Assembly (NCBI GenBank): GCA_014360645.1
Contig: JACIXD010000016.1
Coordinates: 12,395-76,394, forward strand
Direction of reading: 5' to 3'
Length of the DNA stretch: 64,000 nucleotides
Source: Actinomycetota bacterium
Lineage (GTDB): Bacteria; Actinomycetota; Geothermincolia; Geothermincolales; RBG-13-55-18
The notes under the pieces were generated by a model that worked only from the letters and a program-made list of their open reading frames with translations, was not told the DNA's origin and searched no databases. Shown piece by piece: positions 47,121-57,306 of the stretch; the stretch's first letter is position 1, and every line of letters starts with the position of its first letter. A program made the position numbers and the translations under genes.

Positions 47121-48077
47121 TCATGCGTGGGGCGTACCGCACCGGCGGCAGAACCGCTCCTGCGCCGATGCCCGGGGATGGCCGCACCTGCGGCAGTAAA
47201 GGGGCGTGGGCGCGGCGCCGCTCGCCTGGCCGCCGGGGATGTCGCCACCGGCTTCTGTCCCCATACCCCCATCGCCGGTCTCCGGGGCGGTGCCCGCGGC
47301 CGCCGGGGGCATGGGCTCGCCCGCGCCGGCCTGCGCGGCGGGCGGAGCATGAGGCGTCAGGGAGGCGGGAGCCCTGAAGGGAGCGGCCCGGCGGGTGAGC
47401 AGGAAGAGCAGCAGGAGCAGGGACACCGCCATGAGCAGGGAGAAGACGAGGATCAACAGGGTCTTGTTGGCCGCCAGGAAGCCTTTCTCCGCCTTCGCCG
47501 GGGGCAACCTGTAGGTGAGGGTGCCGGAGCTCTCGTCGAAACGGGCTTCCCGCGCGCCCGCAGGCAGGTCGATCACCACCCTCTCCTCCAGCCCCATGGT
47601 CTCGAAGAGGGTCCACTCGTTGTTGAGGGTCCAGTACGCCTCCAGGACCACCTCGTCGTCGCTCTCCCTGTCGAGGGCGTAGCCCGCGTATCCGAAGACC
47701 GTCCAACCGTCCTTGAGGTTATAGGCCAGGCCCGGGGTGCGGAAGGAGATGGTCACCGTGGCCTTGCGGGCATCCACCTTCACCTCGAAGTCCTCCACCT
47801 CCCCCACTCCGCTGTCGGAACGGTAGCGGCGGGAGAGGAGGCCGGGGTTCTCTTCGAACAGGTAACCGTACTCGTCAAACCAGCCCCGGTCGTAGGTGAT
47901 CACGTCGGTGATGCGGGCGTCTCCCACCTCGTCTATCTCCATCCGGTATTCCTCCCGGAGGCTGAACTCTCCCTCTTTGCCCAGTTCCTGCGCCGCCGCC
48001 CCCGGGGCGTAGGGAATGAGCAACGCGCACAGGAGCGCGAGGGGGAAAAGCGCGCGCAGGACCCTGCTGCCTACCAT
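47121..48077 (-). CDS. Single-pass membrane protein with C-terminal zinc ribbon
   Basis: Signal peptide, TM helix, CRRCG...FCRRCG. Confidence 0.75.
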   Translation of the reverse strand: MVGSRVLRALFPLALLCALLIPYAPGAAAQELGKEGEFSLREEYRMEIDEVGDARITDVITYDRGWFDEYGYLFEENPGLLSRRYRSDSGVGEVEDFEVKVDARKATVTISFRTPGLAYNLKDGWTVFGYAGYALDRESDDEVVLEAYWTLNNEWTLFETMGLEERVVIDLPAGAREARFDESSGTLTYRLPPAKAEKGFLAANKTLLILVFSLLMAVSLLLLLFLLTRRAAPFRAPASLTPHAPPAAQAGAGEPMPPAAAGTAPETGDGGMGTEAGGDIPGGQASGAAPTPLYCRRCGHPRASAQERFCRRCGTPHA

Positions 48078-49186
48078 ATCGGCATCACCCCCCGGCGCCA
48101 GGCATCCTCGATGTCGATGAGTATGTAGCTGCCTCCCTCTATCGCTTCGGCGATCTCATCCGCGGCGATGGTCACGCATTCCTCGGCGGTCACCTCGGGG
48201 CTCGTCTCCCCCGGGAAATGGCTCAGGGCATAATCCCTGTCCACGAAGGTCGATTCGATGGCGAAGAGTTCCCCGCTGCCGGGCAGCTCGATTACCGGTA
48301 TGGCGTGGCCGGGGATCAGGGCCACGAAGGAGCGGATGCCTATGGCCTCCATGAGGGCGGCCATGCATATGGCCAGGTCCAGGCAGGTGCCGGAGGCGCG
48401 CTCCAGGGTCTCGTGGGGATACTGCACGTACTGAGCCGTGCGCGACGACCAGTAGCTCAGCGGCTCCTGGATATACCTGACCCCGAGCTGGCGCATGACC
48501 TCGAAACAGCGCAGGAAGGCGGTATAGACGTCCTCGTCGCTGGTATTGGTCTCCAGCCCGGATCCGACGGCGTTGGCGACGCTCTTCACCGTCTCCTGGT
48601 TGGGGGTGACGAAGGCGGCGATCATGGGGTAGTTGTCGAAGGCGTCGGAGAAGGTGATGATGTCCTCCTCGGCGAGGTCGGTGAACACGAAGTCGTTGCG
48701 GCCTAGGAGGTAGATCTTCTCCGTGTCCTCCACGGGCTTGTCCAGGCCTTCGTATTCGTAGCGCATGGTGAGCTCGGCCGGGGTCTTGGAGGTGATGCCC
48801 TTCATCTTCTCGTCGTCGAGGTTGGGCCAGCAGTAGTCCCTCACCGTCTGGCCGGGCAGGATCTCGGGATATATCTCCGTGGAGGTCCAGTCGCAGTAGC
48901 CCTCTATCCTGTAAGAGATGCGGAAGTCGCGCACCGGGGTATCGCCGACGTTTTTGATCAGGGCCTTCGCGGCCCAGAAGTTCTGGTTGTCGTCGCCGTA
49001 GATCTTGTAGGCGGCGGTGAGGAGCTCCTCCCGGACGTGCAGCCTGACGTCGAGCTTCGCCTCCCCGCTCTCCCCCTTTTCCCCGGCGGTGAGGGCGAGG
49101 ACCAGCCCGGCTGTGGAGCCCAGGAAGATAAGAGCGAGGAGGAGGGAGAGAATCGTTCTGGCGGGCTTGCTCATAGTGTATCCCAT
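48071..49186 (-). CDS. Secreted transglutaminase-like protein
   Basis: QYVQYP.ETL...GTCLD, PGHA, IEST. Confidence 0.7.
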   Translation of the reverse strand: MGYTMSKPARTILSLLLALIFLGSTAGLVLALTAGEKGESGEAKLDVRLHVREELLTAAYKIYGDDNQNFWAAKALIKNVGDTPVRDFRISYRIEGYCDWTSTEIYPEILPGQTVRDYCWPNLDDEKMKGITSKTPAELTMRYEYEGLDKPVEDTEKIYLLGRNDFVFTDLAEEDIITFSDAFDNYPMIAAFVTPNQETVKSVANAVGSGLETNTSDEDVYTAFLRCFEVMRQLGVRYIQEPLSYWSSRTAQYVQYPHETLERASGTCLDLAICMAALMEAIGIRSFVALIPGHAIPVIELPGSGELFAIESTFVDRDYALSHFPGETSPEVTAEECVTIAADEIAEAIEGGSYILIDIEDAWRRGVMPIW

Positions 49187-49267
49187 TCCCGTGCTGCTAA
49201 CGCAGCGCTCTTGGCCAACATCCTTCGACCAGCATTATACCCCGGGCGTGTGATAAAATCTCACTCT

Positions 49268-50338
49268 ATGGAACTGAAAGGGTTGATTCTTTCCGGGGGA
49301 GAGGGGACGCGCCTGCGCCCCATCACCCATACCAGCGCCAAGCAGCTGGTGCCCGTGGCCAACAAGCCCATCCTCTTCTACGGCCTGGAGGCCTTGAGGG
49401 ACGCGGGCATAAGCGACATCGGCATCATCGTGGGGGATACCGAGGCGGAGATAAGGGCGGCGGTGGGCGACGGCTCGGCCTGGGGGGCGCGGGTGACCTA
49501 TATACGGCAGGAGGCGCCGCTGGGCCTGGCCCACGCCGTGCTCACGGCGGCGGATTTCCTCGCGGACACGCCCTTCGTCATGTACCTGGGCGACAACCTC
49601 ATCAAGGAGGGGATCACCGCCTTCGTGGAGGAGTTCCGGAGCAAGGAAGTGGAGGCCCTCATCCTCCTCGCCCATGTGGAGGAGCCCCAGCGCTTCGGGG
49701 TGGCCGAGCTGGAGGGTAGCAGGATCGTCAGGCTGGTGGAGAAGCCCAAGGAGCCCCCCAGCGACCTGGCCTTGGTGGGGGCCTACATGTTCCGCCCCTC
49801 CATCATCGAGGCCTCCCGCGCCATCAAGCCCTCCTGGCGCGGGGAGCTGGAGATAACCGACGCCATCCAGCACCTCATCGACGTGGGGATGCGGGTGGAG
49901 GCGCACGTCATCAACGGCTGGTGGAAGGATACCGGGCGCCTGGAGGACCTCCTGGAGGCCAACCGCATGGTCCTGGAGGGCATCGCCTCCCGCTGCGAGG
50001 GGAGCGTGGACGGTGAGTCCAGGGTGGACGGCCGGGTGGTCATCGAGGAGGGGGCGGAGATCGTGCGCAGCGTGCTCAGGGGCCCGGCGATGGTGGGCAG
50101 GGGCTCGCGGGTGGTGGACTCCTTCGTCGGCCCTTTCACGTCCATATATTACGGCGTGACCCTGGAAAGGAGCGAGATAGAGCACTCCATCGTGTTGGAG
50201 AACAGCCGCATCTCCGATATCCCGGGGCGCATCGAGGACAGCCTCATCGGCAAGAACGTGGAAATCTCCAGGTCCGGGGCGCGCCCCAGCTCCTTCCGCT
50301 TCATGCTGGGAGACAATTCCAGGGTGGGACTGGTCTGA
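49268..50338 (+). CDS. rfbA: Glucose-1-phosphate thymidylyltransferase (long form)
   Basis: ILSGGEGTRLRP, KQLVPVANKP, RGELEITD. Confidence 0.92.
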   Translation: MELKGLILSGGEGTRLRPITHTSAKQLVPVANKPILFYGLEALRDAGISDIGIIVGDTEAEIRAAVGDGSAWGARVTYIRQEAPLGLAHAVLTAADFLADTPFVMYLGDNLIKEGITAFVEEFRSKEVEALILLAHVEEPQRFGVAELEGSRIVRLVEKPKEPPSDLALVGAYMFRPSIIEASRAIKPSWRGELEITDAIQHLIDVGMRVEAHVINGWWKDTGRLEDLLEANRMVLEGIASRCEGSVDGESRVDGRVVIEEGAEIVRSVLRGPAMVGRGSRVVDSFVGPFTSIYYGVTLERSEIEHSIVLENSRISDIPGRIEDSLIGKNVEISRSGARPSSFRFMLGDNSRVGLV

Positions 50339-50498
50339 GCCGGGCGGGCCCGGTCGCGACGGGCCCGTGTGGGACGGAAGGACGCTCTCCAGCCCTTGCG
50401 GCCCGCGGGGGCATCCGTCGGCAGGGCCGTCGGAGGGCGGAGATGGAGACGGAGGTGGAAACCTGTGTGGGAGAAGCGTGGCATCCCGGGGAGGTCTC

Positions 50499-50933
50499 GT
50501 GATAGCGGGGGTTGAGATCAGGGAACTGGACACGGATCTGGATGCGGCGGGGGCGACCACGGCGGTATGGGCCGAGGGAGCCGCGCCCCGCCTCTCCTCC
50601 CTGGACGTGAGGCGCCTCTTCCCCGGGGTGGTGGAGGCCTGGACGCTGCGCGAGGAAGCGGCGGAGCGGGTGTTCTGTCTGCAGGGGATGATCAAGCTGG
50701 TGCTCTGCGACCGGCGCGAGGGGTCGCCGACCCGGGACGAGGTCATGGAGCTCTTCCTCGGGGAATACCGCCCCCGCGAGGTGCTCGTCCCCCCCGGCGT
50801 GCTCAGGGGATGGAAGGCGGTGGGAGGACGGGAAGCCATGGTGTGCCTGGCCCTGGAGGGCGGCGGCGGAGCCCGCACCTTGTCCCGGGAGGAGGCGCGG
50901 GTGCCCTACGACTGGGAGATCGTCATGCGCTAG
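50499..50933 (+). CDS. Degenerate dTDP-4-dehydrorhamnose 3,5-epimerase-like cupin
   Basis: GMIKLVLCDRREGSPT, VPPGV..GWK, VPYDW; lies between rfbA and rfbB. Confidence 0.7.
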   Translation: MIAGVEIRELDTDLDAAGATTAVWAEGAAPRLSSLDVRRLFPGVVEAWTLREEAAERVFCLQGMIKLVLCDRREGSPTRDEVMELFLGEYRPREVLVPPGVLRGWKAVGGREAMVCLALEGGGGARTLSREEARVPYDWEIVMR

Positions 50934-50982
50934 TCCGCGCGGGGCGCAGGGCGCGGGGAAAAGAAGGGAAGCGAAAGAGGAT

Positions 50983-51981
50983 ATGCGCCTGCTCGTGACC
51001 GGAGGCTGCGGGTTCATCGGCAGCAACTTCATACGCCTGGTGCTTCGGGAGCACCCGGAGGACGAGGTGATCAACCTGGACAAGCTCACCTACGCCGGCA
51101 ACCCCATGAACCTGAAGGAGGTGGAAGGGGATTCCCGCTACTCCTTCCTCAAAGGCGACATCTGCGAGCCCTCCGACGTGGGGGCGGCCTTCTCGCGCGA
51201 GCCGGACGCGGTGGTGAATTTCGCCGCCGAGACGCACGTGGACCGCTCCATCATCTCGCCCGAGGATTTCGTGCGTACCGACGTCCTGGGGACCTTCCGC
51301 CTGCTGGAAAAGGCCAGGGAGAGCGGCGTCAGGATGCTGCAGGTGAGCACCGACGAGGTCTATGGGAGCATCGAGGAAGGATCCTTCCGCGAGGACAGCC
51401 CGCTTCAACCCAACAGCCCTTACGCGGCCTCCAAGGCGGGGGCCGACCTCCTGGTGCGCTCCTACGTGCGCACCTACGGCTTGGACGCGGTCATCGTGCG
51501 CAGCTCCAACAACTACGGGCCCTTCCAGTACCCGGAGAAGGTCATCCCGCTCTTCGTGACCAATATCCTGGAGGGAAGGAAAGTGCCCCTCTACGGGGAG
51601 GGGAGGAACGTGCGCGACTGGCTTTTCGTGGAGGACAACTGCCGCGCCATCGACCTGGTGTTGCGGAAGGGAGAGGCGGGAGGCATATACAATATCGGGG
51701 CTGGACAGGAGAGGACCAACCTGGAGCTGACCCTGGCTATCCTGGAGATCATGGGGGCGGGAGAGGAATGCATCGAGTACGTGGCCGACCGGCCGGGCCA
51801 CGACCTCCGCTACTCCGTGGACAGCTCCAGGGTGAGGGCGCTGGGGTGGAGCCCGCGCCGGGATCTCATAGAGGGGCTGCGGGAGACGGTGCAGTGGTAC
51901 CGCGATCACCGCGATTGGTGGGAGCCCATCAAGAGCGGCGATTTCCGGCGCTATTACTTGGAGAAGTACGGCGATATCTGA
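50983..51981 (+). CDS. rfbB: dTDP-glucose 4,6-dehydratase
   Basis: TGGCGFIGS, FAAETHVDRS, STDEVYG, YAASK, DRPGHD.RY. Confidence 0.95.
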   Translation: MRLLVTGGCGFIGSNFIRLVLREHPEDEVINLDKLTYAGNPMNLKEVEGDSRYSFLKGDICEPSDVGAAFSREPDAVVNFAAETHVDRSIISPEDFVRTDVLGTFRLLEKARESGVRMLQVSTDEVYGSIEEGSFREDSPLQPNSPYAASKAGADLLVRSYVRTYGLDAVIVRSSNNYGPFQYPEKVIPLFVTNILEGRKVPLYGEGRNVRDWLFVEDNCRAIDLVLRKGEAGGIYNIGAGQERTNLELTLAILEIMGAGEECIEYVADRPGHDLRYSVDSSRVRALGWSPRRDLIEGLRETVQWYRDHRDWWEPIKSGDFRRYYLEKYGDI

Positions 51982-52059
51982 GGTCGCGGCCTCGGTGATG
52001 AAGAGGGCACGGGAAACCACGGCCGCGCACGGAGTCCGAGAACGGGGAGTGGTGGACAG

Positions 52060-52746
52060 ATGAAGCTTTCCATCGTCATACCGGTGTTCAACGAGCGCAA
52101 CACCATCAAGGAGATCCTGCGCCGCGTGAGGCAGGTCGACCTCGGAGACCTAGAGCGGGAGATCGTCGTCGTGGACGACGGCTCAACCGACGGCACTCGG
52201 GACATCCTGGCCATGGAGGAGAACTCCATGACGCGGGTCATCTATCACCCCCAGAACCGCGGCAAGGGAGCGGCGGTGCGCACCGGCTTCGACGCCGCCA
52301 CCGGCGACCTCGTCCTCATCCAGGACGCGGACCTGGAGTACGACCCCGAGGACTACCCCAGGCTGCTGGAGCCGGTGCTCAAGGGGAAGGCGCAGGTGGT
52401 GTACGGGTCGCGCTTCACCGGACCCCGCAAGAACATGCTCTTCTGGCACTTCGTGGGCAACCGTTTCCTGGCCCTGGTGACCAACATCCTCTACAACACC
52501 ACCCTCTCGGACATGGAGACCTGTTACAAGCTCTTCACCCGCGAGGCCCTGGAGGGCATCGAGCTCAAGTCCGACCGGTTCGATATCGAGCCGGAGATCA
52601 CCGCCAAGATACTGAAGAAGAGGATAAGGATCTACGAGGTCCCCATCTCCTACACCGGGCGCGAGATGGAGGAGGGTAAGAAGATAAGCTGGCGAGACGG
52701 CATCCCCGCCCTCTGGGCCCTCATCAAGTACCGCTTCACCGACTGA
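52060..52746 (+). CDS. Glycosyltransferase family 2 (DPM1-like)
   Basis: IPVFNE, VDDGSTDG, QDADLEY. Confidence 0.92.
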   Translation: MKLSIVIPVFNERNTIKEILRRVRQVDLGDLEREIVVVDDGSTDGTRDILAMEENSMTRVIYHPQNRGKGAAVRTGFDAATGDLVLIQDADLEYDPEDYPRLLEPVLKGKAQVVYGSRFTGPRKNMLFWHFVGNRFLALVTNILYNTTLSDMETCYKLFTREALEGIELKSDRFDIEPEITAKILKKRIRIYEVPISYTGREMEEGKKISWRDGIPALWALIKYRFTD

Positions 52747-52922
52747 CGGCGCCGGCACCTGCGTCCCTGGGGGGAGGAGGCGACGGAGCCCGGGGACGCG
52801 CGTATCCGGCGCGCGAGGTGAGTGGGGGCATGCAGGGGGATGCCGCGACGGAGCCGGGCCTTGAAGCGGGGCAGCGGAACAAGGCGGCCCATCCGGCCAT
52901 GACGGCGTGAAGGAGGAAGGAT

Positions 52923-53393
52923 ATGGAAGAGTGCCGCGGAACGGAGCCGCGGAGCCCTTGGCCGCCCTGGGTCTCCTTCCTGACCACGGCGTCGGCTCTT
53001 CCGGCAGCGGCCCTGGGGACGGTCTCGCTCTGGCGGGGCGGGAGGGGCAAGCTCCTCCCCTGGGCGGGGGCCTGGGGCCTCTTGACCACCGTCTCCCGCC
53101 GCTATATATGCGCCCGCTGCCCCTATTACGGCGAGCACTGCTCGACCCTCTTCGGCAGGTTGACCCCCCTGATGTGGGAGCGCGACGAGCGGCTCCTCAC
53201 CACGCGCTCCTTCTACTGGGATATCGCCCTGGCGCCTATCCTCTTCGTCCTGCCCGCGCCGGACGCCTACCGCGTCTCCAAGCGCCTCTTCATCGCTTAC
53301 CTCGCCGCCTGGGCCCTTTTCCTGGGCACCTTGCACACCCTGGGTTGCCGGCGCTGTCCTCTCACCGTGTGTCCCTTCAATCCCTCCCGGTGA
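52923..53393 (+). CDS. Membrane protein with Cys motifs
   Basis: SD AGGAGG; TM segments; CARCPYYGEHC, CRRCP..CP. Confidence 0.65.
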   Translation: MEECRGTEPRSPWPPWVSFLTTASALPAAALGTVSLWRGGRGKLLPWAGAWGLLTTVSRRYICARCPYYGEHCSTLFGRLTPLMWERDERLLTTRSFYWDIALAPILFVLPAPDAYRVSKRLFIAYLAAWALFLGTLHTLGCRRCPLTVCPFNPSR

Positions 53394-53441
53394 TCGGAGG
53401 GATGACCGTATCCGGACGATACCCGGCTCGCGCCGCCAAGG

Positions 53442-53726
53442 TCACTTCAGGCTCTCGATGAAGGAGTCCACGTCGATGGCCGGCAGGGTCATGATGCGCA
53501 CCGTGCCGCGCGAGGAGAGCTGCACCGAGATCTTGGCGATGGTCTCGTTGTTGGGGGCCTCCACGATGTTGATGAAATCGTACTGACCCAGGATGACGTA
53601 CTGAGAGAGCACCTTTCCGCCCATGGCCTCGACGTCCTTGTTGACCTCCTTGATGCGGTCCGGATTCTTGGTCAAGGTGGCGCATCCCTCGTCGGTGAGG
53701 CTGCTGATGAGGATGTAGGTAGCCAT
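53442..53726 (-). CDS. GYD-domain protein
   Basis: LGQYDF..IVEAP. Confidence 0.85.
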   Translation of the reverse strand: MATYILISSLTDEGCATLTKNPDRIKEVNKDVEAMGGKVLSQYVILGQYDFINIVEAPNNETIAKISVQLSSRGTVRIMTLPAIDVDSFIESLK

Positions 53727-54004
53727 GCCGTTCTCCTTTCTCTCGCCCCGTTTCCGGGTGAAGACTACACCTGGACGATATAGAAATCTACCCCTCCGGG
53801 AGGGAACCTAAACTGGTGCTGGAGCCCCGCCGCAGGGATCCGCCGCTCGCGGCCTCCTCGCGGCGCCTCTCACCCCGTGCACGTGACCGCCGAGCCCGGC
53901 GGTTGATGGAAGACGATGGCAGGGGGGGTGGTATGGGTTATACTCGTCTCGAAGGGGGCGTCCAGGCCCCTCGCCCGGGATCGCGGTGAACTTGCGGGGA
54001 GGTG

Positions 54005-54877
54005 ATGGGCTTGACGGAGGAGAGCGGTGGTACGTCCGGTGTTTACAGGGTTGCGGTGGTCTACCACCCCGATTTCTCCACCCGGGGATATCCCGCCCTC
54101 AAGGGACGCGTGGCGCCCGCTTTCCAAGAGCTGGAGTCGCGCGGCCTGCTGGAGCTGGAGGGAGTGCGGGTCCTGGAGGCGGAGCCGGCCGACGAGGAGC
54201 TGGCCGCCGAGGTGCACAGCGATTCCCACCTCCGCGGGGTGAGGGCCAGCGGTCATTACGATATCGCACTGCTCTCGGCGGGGGCGGTGATCCGCGGGGC
54301 CCGCGAGGCGGGGGAGGGGAGAGCGCTGGCTTCCTTCTGCTTCACGGGGGCGGCTGGGCACCATGCCTCCCACGACGGATTCTGGGGGTTCTGCTTCCTC
54401 AACGACGTGGCCATGGCGGTTACACACCTGAGGGAGGACGCGGGCTTGCGGCGCTTCGCGATCATAGACATCGATCCCCATTACGGGGACGGGACCAGGG
54501 ACATCCTCGGGCCGGACCCCGAGGTGCTGCACGTGAACTTCCATTCGGGTCCCGGCATGGGAAGGAACGGAGGTCCCCACAACCTGGACATCGCCCTTCC
54601 CCATGACGCGGACGACCGCCGCTTCCTGGCGGGGGTGGAGGAGGCCTTGGAGGCCGTGCGGGGGTTCGAGCACGACCTCCTCTTCATCATCTTCGGGCAT
54701 GACGGCCACCGCGACGATTACGGCGCCTTCGAGCTGGGAGACGAGGCCTACGCCTCCTTCGCGCGCAGGGTGAAGGAGGTCTTCCCGGAGCGCGTGTGTT
54801 ACGTGCTCTCGGGCGGCGCGGACGCCCGGGTGGCGCGCCGTGCGGTGGGGGACGTGGTGGAGGTGCTGGCGCGGTGA
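54005..54877 (+). CDS. Histone deacetylase-family protein
   Basis: GHHA, GFCFLND, DIDPHYGDGT, GHDGH.DD, LSGG. Confidence 0.88.
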   Translation: MGLTEESGGTSGVYRVAVVYHPDFSTRGYPALKGRVAPAFQELESRGLLELEGVRVLEAEPADEELAAEVHSDSHLRGVRASGHYDIALLSAGAVIRGAREAGEGRALASFCFTGAAGHHASHDGFWGFCFLNDVAMAVTHLREDAGLRRFAIIDIDPHYGDGTRDILGPDPEVLHVNFHSGPGMGRNGGPHNLDIALPHDADDRRFLAGVEEALEAVRGFEHDLLFIIFGHDGHRDDYGAFELGDEAYASFARRVKEVFPERVCYVLSGGADARVARRAVGDVVEVLAR

Positions 54878-56832
54878 ACGCCGGGCGCTCGCCGCGGAGG
54901 GGACGAAAGAGGGACAAGGCCGCATCGCTCCTCCTGGTCGCCGCCCTGTCCCTTGCCGCCGTCCTCTGTCCCGGAGGTATGCCTGCCGGGGAGAGGGCGG
55001 CCGCCTCTTCCTCTCCCCGCGCCGTGCTCACCTTCGACGACGGCTACGGGTTCGACCACCGCATCCTCGACTTCCTGTCCTCGCGGGGCATCGCCGCCTC
55101 CGCCTTCGTCATCGGCTCCTGGGCGCAGCGGAACCCCGAGCTGCTCAAGGAGATGAACGCTCTGGGGTGGGACATCTGCAACCACACCCAGAACCACCCC
55201 TGGCTCACCAGGCTCACCGACGACCGGATACGGGCGGAGCTCAACGCCTGCCAGGCGGCGATCGCCTCCATCACCGGACAGAACCTCCCCGTCTTCCGCC
55301 CCCCCGGGGGCTTCATCGACGCCAGGGTCACCGCCGCGGCGGCCTCGGTGGGCCTCTCCCCGGTGATGTGGGACTTCGACAGCATGGACGCCCTCAACAC
55401 CTCCCTCTCGGTGCAGGAGCGCGTCAACCGTATGGTGGCCTCGGCCCGGGACGGCAGCATCATCCTCTTCCATTTCGGGGGACGCGGCACCATCGACCTG
55501 GTCACCGGAGTGGTCGAAGGCCTGCGCCGCAGGGGCTTTACCTTCGTGACCCTGAGCGAGCTATATGGATGGAAGAAGATGGTGCGGGGCGGAGAGGCCG
55601 GTCCCGGGGCCAGGGAGCCGGCCTTGCGCCAGGTCTTCGCCGAGGGCACCACGCGAGAGGGCTTCGAGGAATGGCTGCTGGTCTTCAACCCCAACCCCGA
55701 CCCGGCCGCCCTGCATGCCAGCTATTATGCCGGGGAGGAGTGGGTTCGGAAAGAGTACGAGGTACCGGCGCGGGGCCGCCTCTCGGTCGCCGTGAACCGG
55801 GAGGTGCCCTGGAGAGGGGACGTGGCGGCGGTGCTGGAGGCCTCTCTCCCCGTGGTCGCGGAGCGGAGCATCTATTTCAACCGCGGGGGCGGTTGCGGGG
55901 GCGGCACCACCGCCCTGGGGGTGGCGGAGGGCGCCACTGTCCACTATCTCCCCGAGGGCACGGTGAGGCTTGGATTCGAGGCCCACCTTGCCCTCTTCAA
56001 CCCGGGAGCGAGGACGGCGGCGGTGAGGGTGGCGCTGCACGGCGCGGCAGGAGAGGCCTGGTCCGGCGAGCTGGAGTTGAGACCGCTCATGCGCCTCACC
56101 CTGCGCCTCAACGACCTCGTGCCGGAGGGCGATTATTCCGCCACCGTGCACGCCACCGAGAAAGTGGCCGTGGAGCGCTCCCAGTATTTCGTCTACGACG
56201 GTTTCTGCCCGGGGGCGAGTTGTTCCCCGGGGATGACGGAGCCGGCCACGAAGCTCTGTTTCGCCGAGGGCACCACCCGCGAGCGGTGCGATTCCTACCT
56301 GGCCCTCTTCAACCCCTGCGCCTACGCTACGTGCCTGGTGCTGAGGATGCATGTGTCGGACGGCAGCGTGAGAGAGGAGAGGATGTGCCTGGGGGCGGGG
56401 GAGCGAAAGACGCTGCGCCTCGACCGCTATCTGCCGCCCGGCTGCGACTACTCCCTGGAGGTCCTTAGCCTCCTGCCAGTGGCCGCGGAACGCGCGGCCT
56501 ACTTCCAAGACCACAACCTCGCGGGAGGGTTCTGCGACGTGGGGGTGGCGGACCCCTCGCGGCGGTGGATCTTCGCGGAGGGAAGCACGGGGCCGGGGTT
56601 CAGGCAGTGGCTTATCCTCTTCAACCCCAACCCTCGAGAGCTGGCGGCTTCGGTCACCTATCTCTGCAGCGGGGAGGAGCTGGCGCGCGAGTACCCGCTG
56701 CCGCCGGGAGGGAGGGTCACGGTGGACGTGGGGGCGGAGGTCGGGGAACGTCCCGAGGTGGCCATGGAGGTCTCCTGCGAGGAGGGGATAGCGGCGGAGC
56801 GCGCCCTGTATTTCGACCGCATGATGCCTTGA
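54874..56832 (+). CDS. Polysaccharide deacetylase (CE4) with 'FAEG' repeats
   Basis: LTFDDG, NHTQNH, FRPPGG, IILFH; repeated FAEG.T. Confidence 0.88.
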   Translation: MNAGRSPRRGRKRDKAASLLLVAALSLAAVLCPGGMPAGERAAASSSPRAVLTFDDGYGFDHRILDFLSSRGIAASAFVIGSWAQRNPELLKEMNALGWDICNHTQNHPWLTRLTDDRIRAELNACQAAIASITGQNLPVFRPPGGFIDARVTAAAASVGLSPVMWDFDSMDALNTSLSVQERVNRMVASARDGSIILFHFGGRGTIDLVTGVVEGLRRRGFTFVTLSELYGWKKMVRGGEAGPGAREPALRQVFAEGTTREGFEEWLLVFNPNPDPAALHASYYAGEEWVRKEYEVPARGRLSVAVNREVPWRGDVAAVLEASLPVVAERSIYFNRGGGCGGGTTALGVAEGATVHYLPEGTVRLGFEAHLALFNPGARTAAVRVALHGAAGEAWSGELELRPLMRLTLRLNDLVPEGDYSATVHATEKVAVERSQYFVYDGFCPGASCSPGMTEPATKLCFAEGTTRERCDSYLALFNPCAYATCLVLRMHVSDGSVREERMCLGAGERKTLRLDRYLPPGCDYSLEVLSLLPVAAERAAYFQDHNLAGGFCDVGVADPSRRWIFAEGSTGPGFRQWLILFNPNPRELAASVTYLCSGEELAREYPLPPGGRVTVDVGAEVGERPEVAMEVSCEEGIAAERALYFDRMMP

Positions 56833-56914
56833 GCGCCCGGCGGGCGTAGAAATGCGAGCACGTTCGGGTATAATGTATGGGACGACAGGATCGACCAAGA
56901 AGGAGGTTGCATCG

Positions 56915-57145
56915 ATGGCGAACGAGAAGGACGAACTTCTGCAAAAGGAGATAGCGGGCTACGAGGAGGAGCTCAAGGTCCTGGCGGGGAAACTCCAGGA
57001 GCTGGCGGGCGTGGACTGCTCCTTCGGGGCCTGCGTCTTCGATCCCGAGATGCAGGACGTGGAGTCCAAGCTGGCGGAGATCGAGAAGAGGAAGAAGGTC
57101 CTCGCCGAGGTGATGGAATCCCTCAAGCAGTGCGGCATCGAGTAG
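56915..57145 (+). CDS. Small coiled-coil hypothetical protein
   Basis: SD AGGAGG, upstream TATAAT, heptad-like pattern. Confidence 0.7.
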   Translation: MANEKDELLQKEIAGYEEELKVLAGKLQELAGVDCSFGACVFDPEMQDVESKLAEIEKRKKVLAEVMESLKQCGIE

Positions 57146-57306
57146 GAACCAGCCGCGGCCGGCTCCGTCTTTGACGGCCGGGAGCAAGGAAATAAGAAGG
57201 CTTCCCCTGGAAGCCTTTTCCTTTTTGCGACGTTTACCCTCGCCCGCGTCACCCGCGGTGGGGGGCACGGGCGCCTCATTCCTCCGAGCGCAAACGGCGA
57301 CCGTAC

